Shown one piece after another: positions 47,251-64,000 of a stretch of DNA of 64,000 bases. Under the pieces are notes generated by a model that searched no databases, was not told the DNA's origin, and saw nothing but the letters and a program-made list of their open reading frames with translations. The stretch lies in assembly GCA_965113315.1 (NCBI GenBank), contig OZ220363.1; one strand, written 5' to 3'. Source of the stretch: Podarcis vaucheri. Taxonomy: Eukaryota. Position 1 is the stretch's first letter; every line of letters starts with the position of its first letter. The position numbers and the translations under genes were made by a program.

Positions 47251-48789
47251 TTCCCTAAATAGGGCTGCCATCAGATGTCTTTTAAAGATGTCCATGTTGC
47301 ACAGCTGGAAAGTTAAAAGCTTTAGGACCTAATTGGGGGAAAGTACAGTGAGTTGGAAGGGCACCTCCAGAGGCTTACAGAGGCTACGCTTTGAAAGAGA
47401 GCCATAATTATACTTTTTAGAATGTAGCTCTAAGTACTGTACTTGGGATTTTCAGAGTAGTTACTTCCATTCCATTGGCACTAACCATCCTTCGAATGTT
47501 GTTTCTATTTGAGGACTAAATGGTACATTTTGTTCAATGTTGAGAGAGCTGATAAATCAGTTAAATCTTGTCTCCTTTCCATGCTGAGGAAAATGTCGTC
47601 ATCAAGGTTGTTGTTTTCCATAATTTACTATTTATTAAGGAAAATAATAAAACACAGCAAATTCGTAACTATTTGTTATGAATCATGCCAATTTTTGTAA
47701 ATCAACGCTCATAAAAACGTTCTGGTAACATGTCTGAGCGCATCTAAATTCATAGGTTTTAAACTCCATTCTGTACTTTCACTTTCAACAAATTTGAATC
47801 AATATCATAATATCTATTCTTTCTTCTTTTTAAAAAAAAGTTATTAAAGTTTTCTTGGTTTACAAAGGTATGCGCAATGTCTCTTTTTTCAAGTTACATT
47901 TTCCATAGGTCAGTTTCATCTGTTGAGACATTAGGGTTACATTAGGAAGAAGGGGGGGGGAATGGAGGGGGGAAAGGCGAGTGGGGGTGGGGTTGGGAGG
48001 CAGTGTTTCTATTTTTCTTAATGTATGTGTGATGGGTTTTGTGTCAGAGTCGCTTGTGCGGGTTTTCTTTACTGTTCGCTTTTGTTTCTTTGCTGGTGAG
48101 AGAGGTTGGGGTTGGCCTAGGGTGTGGTTCCTTGTTTGTGATTGGCTGTGTTGAACTTTGTTTTCATGTGTGAGTGGGGTGGGTAGGTGTTTTTTTGAAT
48201 CAGGTTGCTGTTGGTGGATTCTTGTCGTTGTCTTGTTGGGCTGTGTATGTGATAAAGGGGAGCCATACTGGGGTGAAAGTATCTTCTATTTGTCCCCTTG
48301 TCGGTTTCAGGTTTTTCATGGATGGTGGGCCCTCCCGACTCAACTCTTCCATCTGCTGTTCCTAGGCATATCTATCCCTGCACTCCTTTTCCCCTCCCCA
48401 ACCAAAGAGGCCTCTAAATTCTGCAGAATAGGCTGGTGTACAGCTGTTGGTCTCTAGGGTTCTACCTCTGGATGGCTCTGAACTTTGCCTTTCATGTTGT
48501 TTTGGATTTTCTTCTTGGAGGAAGTAATTGAGTAAACTAGTTGATACCAGCAGAAGTGTGAACAATGAATCTCTCCATCATCAAAGCAGAGGAACTGATT
48601 ACAGTGAGTAACAGAAAAATGGAGTTGGAGTAAATACCCCCCCTTTCCTATCCTTTTGCTCCATTTTGTAATAGCTACACAGCCCTTCATATTAATGAAT
48701 CCCAATAAATGTATCTTTGTCTTCACAAAGTTTTTTTTAAAAGAGTTTTGTTCTGATATAATAGCTTAGAAGTCCCCCCCTCCAAAATA

Positions 48790-49016
48790 CAGTGGTACCT
48801 CGAGTTACATAACACTTCAGGTTACAGACTCCGCTAACCCAGAAATATTACCTTGGGTTAAGAACTTTGCTTCAAGATGAGAACAGAAATTGTGCTCCGA
48901 TGGCGCAGCGGCAGCAGGAGGCTCCATTAGCTGAAGTGGTGCTTCAGATTAAGAACAGTTTCAGGTTAAGAACGGACCTCCGGAATGAATTAAGTACTTA
49001 ACCCCAGGTACCACTG
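48790..49016. mobile_element. Tigger/pogo-like MITE, family A copy 2
   Basis: TA|CAGTGGTACCTCGAGTTAC...TAACCCCAGGTACCACTG|TA; homologous to 13082-13283. Confidence 0.85.
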
Positions 49017-52000
49017 TATAGGGATTATTATATCAGGCAGTGTTCACCTGGCTGGTGCTTTGAAGTGCTGGAACACATTCAGTTGTTCCCCGAGTACATC
49101 GGGCACAACTAAAGGGTAAAAATGTATGTTCTGTATGTTAATAATAATAAACAGAGTTGTCTGGTAGTCTGACTGGGAAACTTGCTTGGGTACATGCCTG
49201 AAGCAAATATTGAGTGCTACTAAACCTAGAGCAATTTCTACATTACGGAAATAGGTAAAAAAATAATAATCCTCTGCACTGAAAAGAACCACGAATCTTC
49301 ACAGTGAAACAAGTCATCAAACTCTCCAAACTGTAAATAGGACTTGGTGGCCAATATTTTCTTTTCTTTTTTCTTTCTTTTTTTTGCAGTGATTCCTAGT
49401 GTAAATAAAACACATTAAATATAGTTCCACAAACTATTTTAAGTCTGTAAATATGTTAAAAATGAAATATCCATGTGCAATGGGTTGAAAATTATAAATT
49501 TTGCCCCATGGTTTGGTGTTTTGTTTTTTGGTTAATGCACAATTTTTCTGCTCTACTTGGCTCCTCTTGTTCCTTGGCTAGGGCACAGTACACAGATTGT
49601 GTCATCATTGTTCATAAAAGCACTTGTAATCAATGAGAATGCCATGGCAAATAACAGGAATTCTAAGGGAAACATGAGGAATACATGCAGCTTTTGCTAT
49701 TTATCCAGTTATGTCTTTGGTTCAGTTGTTTTAGGAAGAGGTTGAAGAATGTATGAATCATTTGCAATTTATCAATTAGAGAAAAGCCTCACTGTGTTTG
49801 TTGTGCTACAGTAGCTTTTCCCCAACCCAGTGCCCAGTAGTCAAAAATATCTGGAAGGCACCAGATTGGGGGAGGCTGCATTATAACAAGAAAGGTTTAA
49901 ATATTGGGGAAACTATCTGACTCTGATGTAAGCTGCCAAATAGGAAAGCAGGACAGCCAAGCTCTTCGAGGCTTGTCTAGAAATGAATGGATCCTGTCCT
50001 CGGCGGGATGGTTTAGGAATGAACTCACTCCTTCAACATAGAGACGGGAGGGAGCAGATTGGTTAAATTTATTGAGCTGGAAGTGATCTGGTTTTCATAA
50101 GTAAGTTGACATTGAGGTTAGAAATGTACATGACACAAATGGCAAAATGCTTTGAAAGTACTGCAGTACTGTAATACAGCTGATTCATCTGGAGATGAGT
50201 CAGGAGAAGTGATACCATTACATATTAAAGTTAAAAATACCCCACCTTCAGCTGATGAGGGTGGTAACAAGCAAATATTTAGCTGTGAGCACATATGCTA
50301 TAAAATGGTACTATTTAGGTGCTTAGAGAAAGCTGAGGATTTATTCTCTCACCTATTTCTGCATTAATGAATTAATGGTGTCTTTTCCGTTAGATGTGGC
50401 ACATTTGTTCACTTTCAGAGATAATGAAAGAAAGGCGGAAGCTGGAGAGCTCTAATTTCTCAATTGAGCAACATCTATCTTGTTCCCCCCTTGGATTGAA
50501 GGCAAAATAAAATGTATGGTTGTCTGTAGAACTGCTGTGGACTGCATTCTGAATAAATTGGTATCTGTTGGCAATACGAATTACAGTATCCTGAAACTAA
50601 GAAAATTATATGCTTAATGTTAGAGAAACATCTACGAAGTCATAGCTTTGGAGACAGGCTGGCTAAGCATATAAAGTCTAGTACAGATTTTTGAGGTACA
50701 GAAATATATTGGGCCCATATTACCGACTATCAGGAGCACAGAGGAGTGTTGAGTCTTTGATCTGGCAAACTGGTCTGTTTACATTGGAGGCATCCAATAT
50801 GGTTCCATATGCAGTTATTAACTGCTGGGAGATTTAAGAAGCTGAGTGTCCTGAAATCCCTTAGGTTGACTCTTCTCTGCCTCGCTGTTTTGCCAAGGTT
50901 TCTGGTGTGGAAATAAATGTCATCTCCTGCTTGGAAGATGTGTCACTTGTGGGACTGGAACACTTGGCTAAATCTTCTCTGAAACTGGATCAGGCATTTG
51001 AAATAGGCATAGATTCCAAGGGAGAGGCCGGGAAATGCTTGTTCCTGGCTGCTTTCTCAACCAGGTGACTCTTCCTTAGGGAGTGCCCCCTGGACAAGGA
51101 AAAACACCCATTGCACAAGTGTGCATGCATAGGATTTACTTGCTGCTGTTCAGCACAAGAGCAACAGCTCCTTTGTTGAATACTAGCTTATCAAGCTCCT
51201 CTTCAAAAAGCATACTGTGTTTAAAAGCTTTACTGTGCCATAGCTGCAGCCCACAAAGTGAACTTTGGGTCACTCCAAAAATGTGAGTACTAGTGTTTCT
51301 TTATGTGTCATTTTAAAGGCCCAATGGATTAACTGCAGGTGGCGGCAATGCAAATCTTAAAATTTAATCTAAGCAGTACAGGTATTTCCTGTTGCTTTGC
51401 TTTTTTCTTTACTGAATGATGATATGTTTCTTGCTTTTTGTTTTCTTTGTTATTGGTGTCTGATTTGTATTGCGTGCAATGTACCTTTGTTGGTTTGATT
51501 ATATTATATTAAGTCTCAATAATACGTTGTAAAATTTAAACTAAGATTATTACTAATTGAAGTTGATACAGAACAGTCTCTGCTCCTCACCACCAAGTTT
51601 GTCATTAGCTCTTGGTGGCTGTTGCTCAGTCACTTGTGCTCACATCCTGGCTAGTATTGTAAGCAGGTCTTCTTGTGACACAAGGTGGCAGGGAAGATAG
51701 AGAACACAGCGGGGACCTGGAAAGGTTTCTTGTCTTGGAATCCGCTTTCCCAGAGGTCTACTGAAAGCTGGCTTTATTCTTGTTTATTTGCAGAATAATT
51801 AATATTAATAGTATAATAATGACTGTGGGTAATGTGGTTTCAATGGAGTGAATGAGAAAATATTCCTGAAGTATGAAAAGAAAGTAAGTAATGAGTAGGT
51901 AGAGGGTCCTGCAGGTCCCAAGTAGAACCATGTCAGGCTGGACCCCTTACTCCAGTTTGGAAACACTGGAACATGAGATTATCCCAGCTGACAAACCTCA

Positions 52001-55000
52001 TTGGACTTTGAGCCCCAAGTCCCGTAAAGATTACCTCTACTTGCTGATGTGCTGCGTGTTTGGATGTAACATAGGGTAATAAAATACATTAGCTTTTATC
52101 TGGTCACAATAGGTTGGATACCCCGTGGGCAGCTTGTCTGTTGGTGTGTGCTGCTGCCAACCACAGAGGCACCGAGTGGTCCTGTTGGTGGAAAAGCTTC
52201 AGATGGTTGCACTTTTCTTAAACTTCCACTCAAGTGCTCAGGCACCACCTGGGTGAAGGGTGGTGCACAGGGAGAGGTTCTGTTTTCAGTAAACCTATAC
52301 AGGTGGATAATTTATAGCCAGGCTTCTTGGAATGTGTGGGCATGTGATGACAACAGTCCATATGTTTCAAAGCTATAGGTCAAATAATTCAAGTAATGAG
52401 GAATTCCCCCCCCTTAAATTCTGGCTTGTTCTGTGTTTGCCTCCCAACACAAACATTCTCAGCTTTCACTCTAGAAACTGAAGAACTAGATGCTTTAATT
52501 TGTTTGATTTGGCATCTTAAAGTCATTTAAATAACCCCTGAGCTGCAGATTCTGGACTATGTTTCTTGTGACTTTGGTGTTACAGAATGGTAGCCTTGGA
52601 CCTAGAGTTTGTATGTTCAAAAAACAAAAGAAACTCACAGACAGAGAGAAAGTGCTTATAATTTGAGAGGGAGGAGGGTTTTGGAGGGGCATAATTACTA
52701 TAGTTAGAGAAACTCAATCCACTGTAGAGGAGTTAACCTTTCCCAAACAAGTTCTTAAAGTAAAAACAAAATGACCCCCATAGGTCACTCCTACAGTAAC
52801 TTGACTTCTTAAATATTACACTCTGGGCTCTCCCTAGTTTAGCTCGCAAGGAATCAGCAGTTGTGTTGATGCGTTTAATAACTTAAGTGGTCCCTGTATG
52901 AGCATCCCCACATGGTGCTGTGCATAAGTCAATATACATTCTGCCTGCAGAAGTTTGCAGCATTGCTTGGGGCCCAGTCGGAGCAAATCCAGCTGGGTAA
53001 ACTTCATTTCCTAGCCTTTCAGATAGAAGAAATCACTTGTTGACTCAAATTATGTGGAAGCTGAATTTTGATTGTCCAAAGGCTATTTATTGTTCAATGA
53101 GTGTTGTTTTTATTTAAAAATGAGATGCATCTTTGAAAACCATAAATAAGCATCATTTTTATCTTGGCTGTAGGATGCCCAGAGGAGGAAGTCAGGCAGA
53201 TTAATTGGGGCAGGTGGGAGAGCTGGGCTGTGGGCCAGTGCTGCCTGGACAGGAGATCCATGTTTGTGTTGGCTCCTTCCGGTTGGTGAGGAGCTGTTGC
53301 TTTGTACAGCTGTCCTGACTGGGCCTTTTCATACCACCCTGGTACTTCTAAACTCTGGGGTAATATCTTTTTACAGTAGGACTTGGCATATTTCCAGTAT
53401 ATTTGCTAGAGAGTGACACCTTGGATTGCAGGGGGTAGCTGCTCCTGTTGCTATATTTGAGGGTGCCCCTCCCTAGATTCTGCTGAAACTGAGAAGTACA
53501 CTCTGGGTGAGAGGGTTTTCTTAGTTGTCAGATGCAGTAGCTGTATTTGAGTCAGGCCAGTGAGAATTGGCTACAAAGCTGCGTTGACTCCACTTTTTCC
53601 AGTGTACTAAGCAAGCACTTTAAGAACCTAGAGACGTCCCTTCCATCCCTTGGTGTATCTGGCAGCCTTCTGTTTGGGTATGTAAATCTGTAACGAAACT
53701 GGGACTCTTAAAACGTGTGTGAGGGAAAGTGAGCCTAGTTTGTTGGGACGGAGTCTTTGGGCTTGCTTGGTAGCTGATTTAACTTGGTGGTCAGGTGAGC
53801 TAGGGCTGTTAGAGTTTTCAGTACCTAAACCAGGAGCATGCATTTTAAAAACACTTTCCCACGTAACAGGAGAGGGCCAATGTGGCAACATAGCAGTGGC
53901 TTAATCTCCTTCTGTTTGGGTGCCAGTTTTTCTCTTAAGGATCTCTCGGAGCATTCAGTATCATGGAAACTATTGCCACAAGCGTTTGAAGGGAGGATGA
54001 AACCCAGTCCTTTGTGCCATGGGAGCTCTGCCTTGCCATGGGAGCAAGTTGGATACCTTTCCAGGGTGTGGGGGAGCTTTTTATAGCAAGGAATGTGCAA
54101 GAGGCAATGAGCAACAGTCAAATATGTCCATCAGTCATTAACCATGAGCTAACCTTTATAGTGAGCTATGATAATGGAATCCTCCTGTCACCAAAACAGG
54201 CTGTCAGGCTGGGAACCTCTATTTTTGCTGTATACATTACATGCATGCCAGCTGAGACCACTGACACAGTCTTACTAGAATTGTAGTGACTAGATAAGCA
54301 TGTGTATATTGCCGAGTGAATATCTAGGAAAGTGAGACCGAGGAAGTGGTTTTAGGGTAGCGTGACCAGTGCACCAGAACAATGCTATAGGACAGAGCAC
54401 AAGAGGTGGGGGTGCCAGGTGCCACTAAAATTTGAGAGCCCAAGGTCTGCCACTGGAGGCTGCTAGGGTGAAAAGTGAGCAAATGCACTACAGTGTTGCC
54501 ACTCTTGTGGTGGTAAGATATAACTATGGTCTGCTTAAACCCAAGAGCTCAAGCACTGACAATATTATTTTGTTCTGTTAAACAGCTTGGTAAGTTCTTT
54601 TCCTTCCAGAAAGGGAACAAACAAAAGTCCTTTGATAATACCGTAAGAATCAAGGCAGTCTGCAGAACCTTGGAGATTGACTGATGACATTAGCTTTTTG
54701 TAGGCAATGTAGTAATTCTGAATATTACATAGGGGCTTGGGTGTACTGAAATGACACATCTAGTCCCTTAAAAATCTATATACAGTCTTCCTCTGGATTC
54801 AGCTGTTGCAGGAGCAGCTTCCAGATTTCTCCCCTGGGAGAGAGATCCCTTACCAGAGATGCCTCCTGCACTCCTGAGTGTGAACTGAATTGGAAAAGTA
54901 GGCAGCTGGGGTGAATGTGCCTTTGTACACTTGGGCATGTCCCAGTCTGGCCCTAACCCAACTCCTCCCAGCATTACGGAAAAGACTTGTCCTGTAAGTA

Positions 55001-55253
55001 CTTTGTGCTACTAGTGGTACTTGTATGTGAAGATTCCCCCACAAGGAACCAGAAGGCCTACCTCATTCTTGTCCCTGTAGATAGTGACCAACATCCCTAT
55101 ATAATGGGGCTAGCCTGTTTGGGTTTGGATGACACTCTACTTTTCAGTGTCTCATTGGAATTGCCATGTTCTGCTACATATACAGTTATTTTGCTTTTCT
55201 TCCCAGCTGCTCCAAAATCTGCAAAAATTCTCTGCTGCAAGGAAACCAGAGTG

Positions 55254-61559
<6,306 letters not shown>

Positions 61560-61904
61560 TAACTTGCTTGCTAGTGTGCTTTTGCGGTATGGGTGGAAAC
61601 TTTCCAGTGGGACCTGGATGGCCCCAGGACGCCATTTGCCAAACAAACACTTGAGTTTTCTGAGAGAATCCTATAATAAACCAAGCCATTTATGAAAGGG
61701 GTCAGCAGCATGCTAAGAAATTGCAGAGAGAGAAAGAACCAGTGGGGCACTTTTTAACTACTGGGAAAGACGGAGGATAGATAAATTACTTCAAAGTTCT
61801 TCCAAAGGGACAGGAAAAGGCATGGACTTGCTCCCAATGTGGGCTCTGTGGTATGAGACTCTGCAGGAAGATGGCAATTGCTTCAAGTTGCTATTCTTTC
61901 TTTA

Positions 61905-62340
61905 AAAATGCTTTTATTAAGTTTTGTAGATACAGGAATATAGTGGCAGAAGATAGGGAAGAGAAGAGTCCTACCCTCCCTAGATTCCCCTAATCTGATG
62001 TGAGCAATTCTCATCCCAAATTGTCTTTCCATAGAAGTCTTTGCGTTCCAGGTGGACAGAAATCTTGTTCTTTTGTCTCAATATCTGAAATAAAACATGA
62101 CCAGATAATCATAAAACTTGTTGGTTGGTGGTTCATTTCTTCTGGCATGTAACTCGTGAGTCAATTTTTCCATTAGCGCCAAGTTCCACGCTTGAATATT
62201 CCGCTGCTGAGTTAGCATCCAGGGATCTCCAATGCTTGGCAATAAGAGATGCTGCTATTCCCGAGACTTCCTGTATGTAGCTGGGCCTGGCCATTTGTGT
62301 TCCATTTATTTTCCATGCCAAATACGCTTCAATATACCAG
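61905..62340 (-). mobile_element. Degenerate L1-like ORF2 C-terminus and 3' tail
   Basis: Minus strand gives AASLIAKHWRS and, after a frameshift, QAWNLALMEKLT; followed by AATAAAA and an A-rich tail near 61905-61920. Confidence 0.5.
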
Positions 62341-64000
62341 GACTGTGTTCCCTTGCTCAGTGGCGGTGAAAGCAGAGCTGCATATTGAGAAATAACACAT
62401 GAAGGGGAACTTGGGAGCAGGAGTCTTTCACGAGAAGCTGGCAAATGCTGGAACTGAGCAGTGATTTAACATAAACTTTCAGCACTATCTGCCAGCCCAG
62501 ATGGAGAGGCAGTCATCTCTTGTCACCAGTGACGTAAAATGAACATTATCACACACCTGTTTCTCCAGATGGTTGTGTGCATGGTAATGCTAGCCGTGCT
62601 CTGGGGCTAGTGGCTTGCCACATGGCCAGAGCCACAACACAATAAACTTAAATAGATGCTTTATGGTTAGTGATCATCCGATTCCACACTAAAATAGTTT
62701 TTATATCCACCAGCCTGATCTACTGGGAAGCACATAGGAATAGGGGCCATCTGCATCTTGGGGATTTCATTCATGCTTTAAAAATGTATTTGTAGAAATG
62801 TGATTATTTTTCTTTTTTACAGGTACTAAAATCTTTCAAAACCCAGCACTTGGGTTTGCATGAAACATGCATTGCTGAGTTATCATTATTAAATATTCTA
62901 GTACCAACTTACTTTGCTTGATCTGCCTGTAGTAACTAATCAAAACAGGAGTACTACAAGAATATCTGTAGCATGAAATAAGTATAAGAAGTAGATCCAA
63001 ACTGCTTTTTGGTTTATCATTTGTGAAAAATCCTTCCAGGCACCATCCTGGTTTGCTTCTGCCTGTCATGTTGTCTTATTTATTTATAAAATAGTTGTAT
63101 ACCACTCTATCAAAGCAGTTTACAGCAGTAAAAACGTAAAAAGTTTAAAAAATATGTCTATGAAGATAGGGACGCTGAGCTTTCTATACTTGGTTTGCTG
63201 TGGTTTGTCTAGCTTACTGCATGTGAGCTGAATTTATTGATCTCTGTCAAAGAACAATTCATCAGTTTTTCTTTTTGCTTTGCCAGGGTCGTAGTGTATA
63301 CCCAAGGGCTTATGGGAACTGGGTCACTCCTCTTTTTAAAACCTATTGGTGCATCTTCCCCATCTAAATACTTCAATAACATGCAATTGTATAGTTAATG
63401 CAGACAATTTGTTATTTCACCGAGTCAGTTGAACTGATGCACTATTTTCCTTTTGTTTCTGGAAATGATATTTTAAATTGTTCTCCTTAAATAGAAAGTT
63501 GGAGCAAGTGCCGATGCGTTTTTTAAAAAGGCATTCTCTGGATGGTTACACCCCTTTCAGGTGGTCTTTAACTTCACAAATGTGTGAATTTTGCATGGTA
63601 GTTGACCATTCAGCATGAGTCAATTGAGATGACATGGGCAGCTGGAGAGGGTATCACTGTCTAGGAAGCATCTTCTGGCTGCTAATGCCCAAGAGCTTTT
63701 AAGGTGCTTCTCTGTACAATAATGGCTTTGTTCCAGTAGGCCACTATAATATAGTTGTATGGAGAATGAAGGCTAACACTGACCCTAAACTCGTTTGGAA
63801 ATGAGACACACAGATTTCAGTGGAATTGTTATTAAATAAGTGTGCATGGTATCTCAACCTTAGTTTCACTTCCATATGTGTGCATTGCCAGCATCTCTGG
63901 AAACCAGAAGGGAAAAGAAAGCAAGTCTCATATCATTTTAGTGAATATCTAAACCAATGAAACCTTGCCTTGTTATTCATTCTGAGATTTTTCTTCCTCT

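Noticed and set aside
47760-48730. Possible retroelement 3' region on the minus strand
   Set aside because: Composition suggests a repeat, but I could not recover a diagnostic motif or termini, so it is left uncalled.

Overview
Eukaryotic (vertebrate) DNA, not prokaryotic. The repeats (Sauria SINEs, a tRNA-Lys/CR1-tail SINE, Penelope-like fragments, TA- and 8-bp-TSD MITEs) suggest a squamate, probably a lacertid lizard (inference). The window holds the conserved ACP2-DDB2-PACSIN3 block. ACP2 (+) contributes its last five coding exons (754-2660). DDB2/XPE (-) is complete (CDS 24965->6496, CpG-island promoter near 27.1-27.8 kb). PACSIN3 (+) has a CpG island near 35-37 kb and coding exons 55254-61539; its last SH3 exon was not found in the window. 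Exons were traced by hand from splice sites and phase; most ORF-track entries are spurious. Main finding: DDB2 carries two intact, homologous but strongly diverged versions of coding exon 4 in tandem (4A 18345-18490, human/zebrafish-like; 4B 15630-15796, chicken-like). Both are phase 0->2, so only one can be used per in-frame mRNA, predicting a mutually exclusive switch of part of the WD40 propeller near the UV-lesion pocket. A perfect 12-bp complement links the intron after 4A to the body of 4B. Other observations: an E-box/D-box pair by the DDB2 promoter, a minimal hammerhead ribozyme motif in a Penelope-derived fragment, a GC-AG intron and a possible extra exon in PACSIN3. Orthologue comparisons are from memory, not from a database search.
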